A stretch of DNA of 64,000 nt from an uncultured Gammaproteobacteria bacterium (lineage in GTDB: Bacteria; Patescibacteriota; Microgenomatia; UBA10105; UBA927). Of the stretch, positions 26,806 to 36,040 are shown piece after piece. Under the pieces are notes generated by a model. That model had not been told where the DNA came from. It saw nothing but the letters and a program-made list of their open reading frames with translations, and did not search any database. Location: contig CAYMYO010000001.1 in the NCBI GenBank assembly GCA_964394685.1, positions 14 through 64,013 on the forward strand. The letters are read 5' to 3'. A program made the position numbers and the translations under genes. Numbering within the stretch: the stretch's first letter is position 1; each line of letters opens with the position of its first letter.

Positions 26806-27516
26806 ATGATTCGATTTGACCACGTATCAAAGGATTTTGGGGGGAGTAAACCCGCTCTTTCTGACATATCCGTTGAAATACCAGACGGAGACTTTGTTTT
26901 TCTTATTGGTCCAACAGGAGCCGGTAAAAGTACACTGCTTAAGCTTATTATCCGTGATATAGTGCCTACAGTTGGCACAATTACTGTTGATAATTGGGAT
27001 ATTACCACCATTCCTCAATCGCAGATTCATTTACTTCGTCGTCATGTGCGTATGGCATTTCAGGATTTTAAGCTACTCATGGATCGAACTATTTTTGAAA
27101 ATATAGCAGTTGGTATGGAAGTATTAGGTAAACCCCAGGAAGAAATTGAAAAAGGGGTTCATGATGTATTGGAGCTCGTTGAATTATCCGATAAAGCCGA
27201 TGTGTTTCCGGCACAACTCTCTGCAGGAGAACTGCAGCGTATTGGGATAGCCCGGGCCATCGTAGGAGGTCCAAAGATACTTCTTGCCGATGAACCGACA
27301 GGAAATCTTGATCCTGAGACAAGCGATGAAATAATTGATATCCTTAAAGAAGTAAATAAAATGGGAACAACAGTGATTGTGGTTACCCATAACGCAACGT
27401 TGGTTGATAAAAATAGGAAACGGACAATTACGCTCAAAGCTGGAAGGTTAGAACACGATGAAATAAAGGGAAAGTATCATTTAACCAAAAGGAGTCATCA
27501 TGAAGAAAAACACTAA
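26806..27516 (+). CDS. ftsE: Cell division ATP-binding protein FtsE.
   Basis: Walker A GPTGAGKST, signature LSAGELQRIGIARA, Walker B LLADEPTGNLD. Immediately followed by ftsX. Confidence 0.9.
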   Translation: MIRFDHVSKDFGGSKPALSDISVEIPDGDFVFLIGPTGAGKSTLLKLIIRDIVPTVGTITVDNWDITTIPQSQIHLLRRHVRMAFQDFKLLMDRTIFENIAVGMEVLGKPQEEIEKGVHDVLELVELSDKADVFPAQLSAGELQRIGIARAIVGGPKILLADEPTGNLDPETSDEIIDILKEVNKMGTTVIVVTHNATLVDKNRKRTITLKAGRLEHDEIKGKYHLTKRSHHEEKH

Positions 27517-28399
27517 TTCCATTTGGGCTCATATGCGAAGGAGCCCCTATCAGACACTTGCAGCAATACTCACCATGTTTTTGACATTTCTTCTAGGAGG
27601 AGTATTTGCACTCACGACTGGAACATCACTTTCGATACTTCGGTATTTTGAAGGCAAACCGCAACTCACTGTCTTTTTTATGGAAAAAGCTGGAAAACCT
27701 GAAGCGGACGCTTTGAAAATAATATTGGAAGCAACAGGAAAAGTTGCGTCGACAAAATTTGTGTCAAAAGATGATGCGCTTGCCATTTATAAAGAACAAA
27801 ATAAGAACGATCCTTTGCTTCTTGAGATGGTGACGGCTGATATTCTTCCGGCGTCTCTTGAGGTGACCGCTATTGATCCAAGATTCCTATCAGAGCTTGA
27901 ACCAATCATTAAAAAAGCTGATGGAGTTGAGGAAGTTATTTTCCAAAAAGATGTTGTCGACGCGCTTCTCTCATGGACAAATGCAATTCGGATTATCGGA
28001 GGAACGCTTGCAGGACTTCTCGCAATTGATTCACTTCTTATTATTATGACCGTGATTGGACTTAAAATTGCGATGAAAAAAGAGGAGATAGAAATACTGA
28101 AACTCATAGGGGCAACACAGTGGTATATTCGAAAACCATTTATTATTGAAGGAGGAATTTACGGAATTGTTGGTGCGTTTTTCGCGTGGCTGATAATTAC
28201 CGTCCTTCTTTTTGTTTTTCGACCTGCGCTCCTGTCATTTTTAGGTGCAATCCCTGTTATTCATACACTTTTGGTTAATCCAGTAGCCTCTACAGCGCTT
28301 ATTGCGCTAGCCGGATTATTTGTTGTTTTTTGTATAACCGGATTTCTTCTTGGCGCAATCGGGAGCTTAATAACACTCGCGCGGTATATTAAATTTTAA
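27500..28399 (+). CDS. ftsX: Cell division permease FtsX.
   Basis: N-terminal TM segment, a periplasmic domain, three C-terminal TMs. It overlaps ftsE by 17 nt. Confidence 0.85.
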   Translation: MKKNTNSIWAHMRRSPYQTLAAILTMFLTFLLGGVFALTTGTSLSILRYFEGKPQLTVFFMEKAGKPEADALKIILEATGKVASTKFVSKDDALAIYKEQNKNDPLLLEMVTADILPASLEVTAIDPRFLSELEPIIKKADGVEEVIFQKDVVDALLSWTNAIRIIGGTLAGLLAIDSLLIIMTVIGLKIAMKKEEIEILKLIGATQWYIRKPFIIEGGIYGIVGAFFAWLIITVLLFVFRPALLSFLGAIPVIHTLLVNPVASTALIALAGLFVVFCITGFLLGAIGSLITLARYIKF

Positions 28400-28414
28400 C
28401 AAAGTATTTCTTTC

Positions 28415-29530
28415 ATGAAGATACTATTTGTCATCATCATGGGTGTGTTCTTGGTTCTCGTTCCGGCTTCTCGGATATATAGTCAAGATATCGAAACGTT
28501 ACGAGCAAAGATTGTTGAACTGCAAGGACAAGAAAATTCTCTTTCCAAAGAAATTAGTATTATCAATTCAAACATTGAGTTATCTACGTTAAAAATACAG
28601 ACAATTCGATCAGCAATAGGAAAGTTATCAATCGAAATTGATGAACTTGCCGGTGAAATTGAACGGCTAGAAGGATTATTAACCAAGCGATTGGAATTAG
28701 TCATATATAGAATACCTGAATCGTATAAACGAAGTGTGGCACCGAATTTTGGAATTGTATTTTTAAGCAGTAACATTTCAGATTTTATCTCTCGAGTTAA
28801 ATATGTGAGTCGCGTTCAACAAGAGGATGCACAACTTTTGTTTCAGCTCAAATCCACGCAAAATAATTATTCCGAACGGAAAGTGCTCCGTGAGAAAAAA
28901 CGTGCGCAACAAGAAGCGTTAAAAAAACAGTTAGAACAAGAAAGTGCCGCATTGGATAGGCAAAAAAAAGAAAAGGAAAACTTTTTATCGCAAACAAAAA
29001 ATAGCGAAGCGGTGTATCAACAGTTATTAGCTCAGGCGCTAGCTGAGCGGCAAGCTATTGAAGCAGCGCTGGTAAATTCAGTAAAAGTCGGGCCGATAAA
29101 GAAAGGGGATCCGATTGCCTTGGTCGGAAATACCGGGTATCCGGGATGTTCAACTGGGGCGCATTTACACTTTGAAATTCGAAAAGGTGGAACGTGGGTC
29201 AATGCAGAAGATTTTCTGAAAGCACGAGATGTTATTGATCAACAAAATGGGGGCAATCGTACTATTGGAACCGGTTCTTGGGATTGGCCGCTTGACGGGT
29301 CAATAATAGTTACCCAAAGGTACGGACAAACTCCATGGTCATGGTGGTATAAATATAGCGGCGGTATTCATACGGGTGTAGATATGGTAAGCAGTTCTAC
29401 AACAGTGATTCGTGCTCCGCAAGATGGGACAATGTACTCATCAAGTCAGTCATGCGGAGGAAGTATTATTAAAATAAAATATATAGAACATAATGATGGA
29501 ATAATAAGTTTTTATTTGCATGTACAGTAA
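28415..29530 (+). CDS. M23 family metallopeptidase, EnvC-like (coiled coil plus LytM domain).
   Basis: N-terminal signal/TM segment, long coiled coils, and a LytM motif GNTGYPGCSTGAHLHFEI. The ftsEX context supports the call. Confidence 0.8.
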   Translation: MKILFVIIMGVFLVLVPASRIYSQDIETLRAKIVELQGQENSLSKEISIINSNIELSTLKIQTIRSAIGKLSIEIDELAGEIERLEGLLTKRLELVIYRIPESYKRSVAPNFGIVFLSSNISDFISRVKYVSRVQQEDAQLLFQLKSTQNNYSERKVLREKKRAQQEALKKQLEQESAALDRQKKEKENFLSQTKNSEAVYQQLLAQALAERQAIEAALVNSVKVGPIKKGDPIALVGNTGYPGCSTGAHLHFEIRKGGTWVNAEDFLKARDVIDQQNGGNRTIGTGSWDWPLDGSIIVTQRYGQTPWSWWYKYSGGIHTGVDMVSSSTTVIRAPQDGTMYSSSQSCGGSIIKIKYIEHNDGIISFYLHVQ

Positions 29531-29545
29531 TGTACATGATTATCT

Positions 29546-30304
29546 ATGTCTGCCCGAGTACCAACCATTGTTGGAATAACGGTTTTACTTTTTTGTCTTC
29601 CTGGTTCAGTTTTTTCAGCAAGAGGCGTAGCAATCACGAGCGATAAGACATCTCTTTTTGGTGATGAAGAATGTCATATCACCGCGTCAACATCCGGATT
29701 TACTGATGGAGAAACCATTTATATAAAGGGCGCATTTTATCAGGAAAGTCCAACGAAAAATTATTTTGGTTATACAAAAAGTGGAGGTGAATGGATAAAA
29801 AATAGCGCGACAAATATAAGTCAAAGATCAATAAAAATAGGGGAATGGGATGGAACGATGATTGTGAAAAGTGATTTTAGTGACAGCGGATATAAAGGAG
29901 AAGGGGAATACGTTTTCAAAGTTGGATTTTATTATGGAAGTTATTCTTCTGTGAATTGGTCATCAAATTCAGTAATTATTTTATTAAATGAACCGGATCC
30001 GACTCCTACGAATACTCCGGTTCCTACAAATACGCCGACAAATACACCTGTGCCGACAGCGACCAGTACTCCTATTCCCACAAAAACTCCGACTCCTACA
30101 TTTACTCCAACTCTGAAGGCTACTCCTACAATTGAGATATTTCCAACAATAATTCCTAGTCTTGCGGCGGAAATATTAGGCGTTCAAGATAATAAAACAC
30201 CAAATAACAAGCCGTATGTTATCGCGCTTCTGTTTATTTCTATCGGTTGTGCGCTCCTTGCGGCTGTGTTTGTCATAAAATATCGTCTATACTTAAAGAA
30301 ATGA
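29546..30304 (+). CDS. Cell-surface protein with a Pro/Thr-rich linker and a C-terminal TM anchor.
   Basis: Signal peptide, a globular domain, the linker [40 protein letters not shown], and a C-terminal hydrophobic anchor. Confidence 0.5.
   Translation: MSARVPTIVGITVLLFCLPGSVFSARGVAITSDKTSLFGDEECHITASTSGFTDGETIYIKGAFYQESPTKNYFGYTKSGGEWIKNSATNISQRSIKIGEWDGTMIVKSDFSDSGYKGEGEYVFKVGFYYGSYSSVNWSSNSVIILLNEPDPTPTNTPVPTNTPTNTPVPTATSTPIPTKTPTPTFTPTLKATPTIEIFPTIIPSLAAEILGVQDNKTPNNKPYVIALLFISIGCALLAAVFVIKYRLYLKK
29995..30125 (+). repeat. Imperfect tandem nucleotide repeats that encode the PT-rich linker.
   Basis: ACTCCnACnAATAC-like units repeat several times. Confidence 0.5.
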
Positions 30305-30708
30305 AATATATTCGATTTTGGCTACCGGCCGTGTTGTGGATGGCGGTGATATTTGCATTTTCATCACGTCAAAAAGTTACGTTTACCGATTCGCATGTTA
30401 TCAGCTTTGTATTTTTTAAAACATTACATCTTGTTGAATACTTTGTGTTATATGTAGTGACCTATCGGGCAGTACGAAATACAAGTAAGAATAAATACAG
30501 GGCGTGGATTATCGCATTTATCATAACAAGCGTATATGCAATTATTGATGAAATCCATCAGCGGTACGTTCCAACTCGAGAAGGGAAGCTGCGTGATGTT
30601 ATAATTGACATGTTTGCAGGAGGACTTGCATGGGTAACACTCAAACAATTACTACCAACAATGCCAAAGAAACTCAAGAGGTGGGCGAGAGACTGGCATC
30701 TGATGTAA
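30301..30708 (+). CDS. VanZ-family membrane protein.
   Basis: Four TM helices and the VanZ motif region IIDEIHQRYVPTREGKLRDVIIDMFAG. Confidence 0.55.
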   Translation: MKYIRFWLPAVLWMAVIFAFSSRQKVTFTDSHVISFVFFKTLHLVEYFVLYVVTYRAVRNTSKNKYRAWIIAFIITSVYAIIDEIHQRYVPTREGKLRDVIIDMFAGGLAWVTLKQLLPTMPKKLKRWARDWHLM

Positions 30709-31070
30709 TAAAAAAATCGCTTCCTCGAATTTGTTGTTTATATGGGGAACTTGGAGCAGGGAAGACGGTATTTGCCCAAGGGTTTGCAAAAGGATTAGGA
30801 CTCCCCTCCCGTTTGGTCTCCCCTACGTTTATTATTATGAAACGGTATAGTATTCCAGGAAAAACAGATTTCTTTTACCATATAGATCTGTATCGATTAC
30901 AAGAAGAGGCACAGATTGCTAAGTTAGGTTTAGAAGAAATTTTTCAAGATCCATTTGCAATTACAGTTATTGAATGGGCAGATAGATTAGGTGTTCATTT
31001 ACCCAAATTGCGAGTTGATATTCATTTTAAGATAACAAACGACGGAGAAAGGGTAATCACGTATGCATGA
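30630..31070 (+). CDS. tsaE: tRNA threonylcarbamoyladenosine biosynthesis protein TsaE.
   Basis: GELGAGKTVFAQGFAKGLGL...SPTF. It overlaps the VanZ gene by 79 nt. Confidence 0.75.
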   Translation: MGNTQTITTNNAKETQEVGERLASDVIKKSLPRICCLYGELGAGKTVFAQGFAKGLGLPSRLVSPTFIIMKRYSIPGKTDFFYHIDLYRLQEEAQIAKLGLEEIFQDPFAITVIEWADRLGVHLPKLRVDIHFKITNDGERVITYA

Positions 31071-31635
31071 TTTATTAGTTCAAGCTATAGATATTCTCAA
31101 TAACGGTGGAGTGATTATTTTTCCAACGGATACTGCGTTTGGGGTCGGTTGCAGGATAGACAATAGCAAAGCTATTGATAGAGTATTTCGTATACGAAAC
31201 CGCCCCAGGATACAGCCATTACCTATATTAGTGTCAAGTCAAGAGCAATCACTCGCCTATTTCATTCACCCATCCGATATTGTGCGACATCTTATGCAAA
31301 CCTATTGGCCGGGAGCGCTCACCATTGTTGATTATTGTAAAAAAAATATGGTGCTCTCCCCCATCCGTGGTGGCGGAGAAACCGTTGGATTGAGATGGCC
31401 CAATCATCCGGTTCCGCAAATGCTTATTGATGGTGCAGGGGTGCCTATTGTCGGACCGTCAGCAAATATTCATGGCCATCCTACTCCATTTACCTTTGCT
31501 TCTTTAGATCCGGTATTTTTACAATTAGTTGATTTTGTCATTCCGGGTGAATGTAAAGGTCAATTATCATCAACTGTTGTGGATTGTACGGTCAATCCGT
31601 ACAAAATTATCCGTCAAGGAGCGGTTGTGTTATGA
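31063..31635 (+). CDS. tsaC: L-threonylcarbamoyladenylate synthase (YrdC/Sua5 family).
   Basis: IIFPTDTAFGVGC, LPILVSS, PGALTIV, VGPSANIHG: the YrdC fold. Confidence 0.85.
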   Translation: MHDLLVQAIDILNNGGVIIFPTDTAFGVGCRIDNSKAIDRVFRIRNRPRIQPLPILVSSQEQSLAYFIHPSDIVRHLMQTYWPGALTIVDYCKKNMVLSPIRGGGETVGLRWPNHPVPQMLIDGAGVPIVGPSANIHGHPTPFTFASLDPVFLQLVDFVIPGECKGQLSSTVVDCTVNPYKIIRQGAVVL

Positions 31636-31961
31636 AACTTATTATTGATACGCGAAGCAACGAAGAAACAATCATAGCCTTTGTTGTGGATGGAAAAAGG
31701 ATGGAAGAATCACTCCAAACAAATCACGCACACTCACAGGCGGTGTTACCTCTCATCGAAAAACTGCTTGCGAAAAAACACCTGTCTCTGAATGATATTA
31801 CGCAAATAGAAGTTTCTGTTGACACAGGCTCCTACACCGGCCGTCGCGTCGGTGCAGCTATCGCGCAAACGCTCAGCCAGCTTCTTCACGTTCCTGTTAA
31901 CGGACAGGAAGCATCTGTTCCGATAGATATTGCCTATGAAAAAGACAAGTGGAGTAAGTGA
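31632..31961 (+). CDS. tsaB: TsaB, N-terminal (YeaZ-like) domain only.
   Basis: MKLIIDTRSNEET... and VDTGSYTGRRVGAAIAQTLSQLL (counterpart of GPGSFTGVRIG). ATGA overlap with the tsaC stop. Confidence 0.7.
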   Translation: MKLIIDTRSNEETIIAFVVDGKRMEESLQTNHAHSQAVLPLIEKLLAKKHLSLNDITQIEVSVDTGSYTGRRVGAAIAQTLSQLLHVPVNGQEASVPIDIAYEKDKWSK

Positions 31962-31984
31962 TTTTGTGTGTTACAATAAGGGAT

Positions 31985-32119
31985 ATGAAAAGAATGACTT
32001 CGTATCTGCTCAGACAATACAAAAAAATGTCCGGGGATAAGAAGATCCGGATTGCGATGAAATTGTCAAAACTCGTCCGTGATGTAAGGAGATGCGGTAT
32101 GCAAGTCACCGGAGCCTAA
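31985..32119 (+). CDS. Small ORF (44 aa) upstream of the NTase gene. It may be a gene fragment or a small partner protein.
   Basis: ATG 31985 to TAA 32117-32119: MKRMTSYLLRQYKKMSGDKKIRIAMKLSKLVRDVRRCGMQVTGA. Too short to appear in the supplied ORF track. Confidence 0.2.
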   Translation: MKRMTSYLLRQYKKMSGDKKIRIAMKLSKLVRDVRRCGMQVTGA

Positions 32120-32124
32120 TTGAT

Positions 32125-32703
32125 ATGGAAGCTGAGGAATCACTTCTCATTACACTTGCAGAATTCTTTCATGCCCATGCTATTCCGTATATGATTACCG
32201 GCGCATGGAGCGTTATTTTCTATGGAAGACCCAGGGCGTCTCATGATATTGATTTTGTCGTTGATCTATTTCCGAAAGATGTCCAGAGGACGGTTCAGGC
32301 TCTCGCGTCACTTCCCAGTGAGTTTACAGTATATCCGGAGTCAGTCAGGGAAGGAATTGAACAAAGAAATATTTTTCAGATTTATCATAAACCGACGATA
32401 ATGAAAATCGACGTGTGGCTTTTGACAAATGATCCGTTCGACCAAGTGAGATTTAAACGGAAAAAATACGTGAACATCATTGGGAAAAATGTGTCTATTG
32501 CGTCAGCCGAAGACACCATTCTTCAAAAGCTTAGGTGGTACAAAGAAGCAAAAATTGAAAAACACATTATTGATGCCGCATTTGTGTATCAGATTCAAGG
32601 GAAACGACTGGACAAAAGATATATTACGGCGTGGGCGAAAAAACTTGGTATCACAAGATACATCAATAAATTGGGATCAATAAATCTTGAGCAATACCTC
32701 TGA
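32125..32703 (+). CDS. Minimal nucleotidyltransferase-fold (Pol beta superfamily) protein.
   Basis: ITGAWSVIFYGRPRASHDIDFVVD matches the hG[GS]...DhDh NTase signature. ATG 32125 has GGAG 8 nt upstream; ATG 32092 is the alternative start. Confidence 0.5.
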   Translation: MEAEESLLITLAEFFHAHAIPYMITGAWSVIFYGRPRASHDIDFVVDLFPKDVQRTVQALASLPSEFTVYPESVREGIEQRNIFQIYHKPTIMKIDVWLLTNDPFDQVRFKRKKYVNIIGKNVSIASAEDTILQKLRWYKEAKIEKHIIDAAFVYQIQGKRLDKRYITAWAKKLGITRYINKLGSINLEQYL

Positions 32704-32749
32704 TAATTTCATCGTCTACTCCTATAGAGCTGGTTTTTTGTCACCGGTA

Positions 32750-32791
32750 CAGATAGATATTCCCTACGGGAAAGATAAGTGGAGATAAAAG
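32750..32791 (+). other. Relic duplicate of the tsaB 3' end (about 33 of 42 positions identical to 31920-31961).
   Basis: CAGATAGATATTCCCTACGGGAAAGATAAGTGGAGATAAAAG here versus CCGATAGATATTGCCTATGAAAAAGACAAGTGGAGTAAGTGA at the true tsaB end. Confidence 0.6.
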
Positions 32792-33066
32792 CTGTAACTA
32801 TACCCTATAGTTTGACATAGATGGTATTATATGCTAGCATACTCCCACTAAATAAAACAGATTTAGGCTTATTTGCAGCCTAATTTTTGTTCATTTAGAC
32901 ACTTTTATTCTTGCACGTTTACAAGTTGCGGTTATATACACGCTTTATATTTGGTGAGCAGTGTTAAAGAGATCTCTATAGGTCTTTTTGACGCTGCTTA
33001 CCAGTGGTTTGGTTGGTAAGACAGATAATCCAAATTTTCTAATCTACGATCAAAGGAGTGTGTAAA

Positions 33067-33543
33067 ATGGCGAAGAAATTACTCGGTGGGGCAAAGGCTC
33101 TTAATAATCCCTGGAAGGGATATAAAGAGTCTCGAACGTGGGGGAAATGGTTTGTCATTCAGTGGCCGGATGTTCATCCGGATAGCCACTGCGAGGAGGG
33201 TCAGTATACTCCACATGACGAAAAACCAATGTGCATGAGATGTGGTTGGATCCCTCCTGAGGCTATTTGTTGCGGACATTGCATCGAGCTTCTGCGTAAC
33301 AAAGCGGAGCTCCACTTTCTCGCGAGCGAAGTGACCTGCAGTTCGTTCTCCAGTCTTCTGCTCACTGGGTACCAGGCTTATGTTGATCATCATCGTAAGC
33401 AACTTGTAGGACCTCCATTCTTTGAGGAAGTTAAAGAGTGGTGGAATGGGCTTCCAAGTGAGAAGAAGGATCGTTATATCAAGAAATACGACAAACCAGA
33501 TCTTTCTTCATTGCTCCGCTTGCTTGCGCAATTGATTGATTAA
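33067..33543 (+). CDS. Cys-rich hypothetical protein with anomalously high GC (~48%).
   Basis: AGGAG 8 nt upstream of ATG 33067. Ten Cys, including CMRCGW and CCGHC clusters. GC is about 10 points above the neighbouring genes. Confidence 0.4.
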   Translation: MAKKLLGGAKALNNPWKGYKESRTWGKWFVIQWPDVHPDSHCEEGQYTPHDEKPMCMRCGWIPPEAICCGHCIELLRNKAELHFLASEVTCSSFSSLLLTGYQAYVDHHRKQLVGPPFFEEVKEWWNGLPSEKKDRYIKKYDKPDLSSLLRLLAQLID

Positions 33544-33574
33544 CAATCCGTCTAACCGCAATACTAACGTGCAA

Positions 33575-33645
33575 ATACACCCTCCGACCGATTTTTGGTC
33601 ATTCCGAAAGGAAAAATTGAGAGGGTGTTTTTGTTGAAAGGGTAA
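33575..33645 (+). terminator. Rho-independent terminator with a long composite loop.
   Basis: ACACCCTC...GAGGGTGT followed by TTTTGTT. Confidence 0.45.
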
Positions 33646-33694
33646 TTTTGAACTTTAAGTGGTAATTTTTAATGCGAGTGGGTATGATAATTAT

Positions 33695-34552
33695 ATGCAG
33701 TATTTTTTGAGGCATTTTTTCTTACCGCACCATACAAATAATCACCGGGCGAAAGCGCTTCATATCGATTCTCTTTTGTGCTACGTTCTTTTATTTGCTG
33801 TATTTAACTTCGGAATTCGGATTATTCATCGTGAATTCCCGTCTGTTTTGGGCTACGCAACGGATATTCGTGTGGATGCGCTCCTGGCCTCAGCGAATGC
33901 CCAGCGCGTGAATTTGGGCCTTAACTCGCTGAAGCTGAATGCCGCGCTTTCTCAAGCAGCTTATGAAAAGGCAAAGGACATGTTTGCCAATGATTATTGG
34001 GCGCATAATAGTCCGCAAGGGAAAACTCCCTGGTCATTTATTGTTAATTCCGGGTATAGATATACGATAGCCGGAGAAAATCTTGCGAAAAATTTTGAAA
34101 CAAGCGGCGGCGTGGTATCAGCCTGGATAGCGTCACCAACTCATAGAGACAATATCGTGAAGCCTGGGTATCAGGATATTGGTTTTGCTGTCGTTAACGG
34201 CGTATTAAACGGTGAAGAAACGACGCTTGTTGTTCAAATGTTTGGTGCAGGAGGATCGCCGTTAGCAGAGAAACCACCTGTTAAAACAGTAATTCCCGAA
34301 GTTGCGTCTGCGGTAGTAGGATCAAATGTTTTTTCACAATCAACATTCAAGCCTATTTTTAATATTCCAACCATTACCCGTGATATCGCATTCATGTTTA
34401 TTGGTCTTATTGTGGGTGTGTTGATACTTGACGGTATTGTGGTGTCAAGAAAGAAAATTGTCCGCGTCGCGGGTCATAATATTGCTCACATTCTCTTTTT
34501 CCTAACGTTTTTTGTTGCTCTTACGATGGTGCAAAGAGGAGCTCTATTATGA
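33695..34552 (+). CDS. CAP/SCP/PR-1-like (YkwD-type) domain protein, membrane-anchored.
   Basis: N-terminal TM segment; CAP motifs HNSPQGK, GENLAKN, HRDNIVKPGYQDIG; C-terminal TMs. Confidence 0.55.
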   Translation: MQYFLRHFFLPHHTNNHRAKALHIDSLLCYVLLFAVFNFGIRIIHREFPSVLGYATDIRVDALLASANAQRVNLGLNSLKLNAALSQAAYEKAKDMFANDYWAHNSPQGKTPWSFIVNSGYRYTIAGENLAKNFETSGGVVSAWIASPTHRDNIVKPGYQDIGFAVVNGVLNGEETTLVVQMFGAGGSPLAEKPPVKTVIPEVASAVVGSNVFSQSTFKPIFNIPTITRDIAFMFIGLIVGVLILDGIVVSRKKIVRVAGHNIAHILFFLTFFVALTMVQRGALL

Positions 34553-34797
34553 AGTTAACATACGTCAATTTTATCGTTCTTGCAGTTATTCTGGCCTCAG
34601 GTATATTTACCTTTTGGGGAGCGCAAAATGATAAGACAATACAGCTATTTGTTGGAGTTGCAACAGCTGTCGCCTATGTACTTTGGGGAATGATTTACCA
34701 TGCGCTTGAAGGAGATTTACATGTGAAAGTTGTGATAGAATACAGTCTCGTTGGTGCGATAGCAATTATATTGCTTCTTACCATACTGTGGACATAA
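34549..34797 (+). CDS. Small two-TM membrane protein.
   Basis: 82 aa with two hydrophobic helices. Its start overlaps the upstream stop. Confidence 0.35.
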   Translation: MKLTYVNFIVLAVILASGIFTFWGAQNDKTIQLFVGVATAVAYVLWGMIYHALEGDLHVKVVIEYSLVGAIAIILLLTILWT

Positions 34798-34823
34798 AGT
34801 ACTTTTTTGAAAGGAGTTGTACT

Positions 34824-35567
34824 ATGCAGGGATTAATTATAGCTGGAGGACTCGCGACACGTCTCCAACCGCTAACATTGGTTACCAATAAACATCTTCT
34901 GCCTGTTTATAATAAGCCGATGATTTATTACCCTATTGAGGCAATGAAACAAGCGGGTATTAAAGAGGTATTGTTGACCTCAGGAGGAGAAGCTATATCT
35001 CAATTTGCTAATTTATTAAAATCCGGTGAAGACTTCGGCATGCGGTTGTATTATGGCGTACAGAAAAATCCAAAAGGAGGAATTGCAGATGCAATCGCCG
35101 TAGCTGAGGAGTTTACGCGTGATGAACCGCTGCTTCTTATTCTTGGAGATAATATTTTTCATTTTAATCTGAAAGCTTCAGTTGAACGGTTTCTTCAAGT
35201 GCAAAAGAAAGGTGCAAAGGTATTTGGTGTTAGACTTAAAAATTTAGCCAAGCAGTATGGGGTTATTGAAATGGATAAATCAGGAAAAGTTCTTTCCATT
35301 GAGGAAAAGCCGGAACATCCAAAATCTGATATTGCTCAAATTGGAATTTATATGTATGACAAACGGGTATTTGATTTTATTCGAAAGCTCAAACCGTCTT
35401 CGCGGGGTGAACTTGAAGTGACAGATCTTAATAATATGTATTTACGGGATGGAACACTCACCTGTGAAGTGATTGATTGGTGGGTAGATGCTGGAACTTC
35501 ATTTGATGAACTACTGAGAGCAAATATTCAGGTAGCAGAGCATGTTAAGAAAGGATCTTCGATATGA
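34824..35567 (+). CDS. rmlA: Glucose-1-phosphate thymidylyltransferase.
   Basis: MQGLIIAGGLATRLQPLT...LILGDNIF; AGGAG RBS; ATG 34824. Confidence 0.9.
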   Translation: MQGLIIAGGLATRLQPLTLVTNKHLLPVYNKPMIYYPIEAMKQAGIKEVLLTSGGEAISQFANLLKSGEDFGMRLYYGVQKNPKGGIADAIAVAEEFTRDEPLLLILGDNIFHFNLKASVERFLQVQKKGAKVFGVRLKNLAKQYGVIEMDKSGKVLSIEEKPEHPKSDIAQIGIYMYDKRVFDFIRKLKPSSRGELEVTDLNNMYLRDGTLTCEVIDWWVDAGTSFDELLRANIQVAEHVKKGSSI

Positions 35568-36037
35568 TCGACGGAGTCATGACGAAGACATTAACAAGAC
35601 ATCCTGATGAACGGGGGTATTTTGAGGAAATAATCCGTGTGACGGATGACTTTTTTAAAGAAGGATTCGGACAGTTGTCCCATTCATATATGGTTGCGGG
35701 CGTTGTGAAAGCATGGCATCTTCATACAACACAAATTGATTGGTGGTTTTGTGTGACAGGGAAAATAAAAGCAGCTCTTTATGATAAACGACCAGATTCT
35801 TCCACCTACAAAGAAACGAATGAATTTATTTTGGGAGATGCTCCGGATAGCATCGTTCTTAAAATTCCAGCTGGTATCGCGCACGGAATGAAAGTGCTTG
35901 AAGAACCGTGTCATTTTGTTTACGCAACGAGCAAAATTTATAATCCTGAGGAAGAAGGAAGAATTAGCTATGATGATACAGATATTGGATACGATTGGGT
36001 GCAAGGAATCCCAATCACAAATACAAAAATTACTTAA
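35564..36037 (+). CDS. rmlC: dTDP-4-dehydrorhamnose 3,5-epimerase (cupin).
   Basis: ERGYFEE..., HSYMVAGVVKAWHLH: the RmlC cupin motifs. Confidence 0.85.
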   Translation: MIDGVMTKTLTRHPDERGYFEEIIRVTDDFFKEGFGQLSHSYMVAGVVKAWHLHTTQIDWWFCVTGKIKAALYDKRPDSSTYKETNEFILGDAPDSIVLKIPAGIAHGMKVLEEPCHFVYATSKIYNPEEEGRISYDDTDIGYDWVQGIPITNTKIT

Positions 36038-36040
36038 TCT

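Noticed and set aside
29995-30125. Tandem repeat as a possible CRISPR or minisatellite.
   Set aside because: The repeats are short, imperfect and in-frame, and they encode a Pro/Thr-rich linker (PTNTPVPT...) of a surface protein. There is no spacer-repeat architecture.
32092-32124. The upstream ATG at 32092 as the NTase start (giving MRYASHRSLIDMEAEE...).
   Set aside because: It overlaps the end of the 44-aa ORF and has no RBS. ATG 32125 has GGAG at the correct spacing. The 32092 start is kept as an alternative in the evidence.
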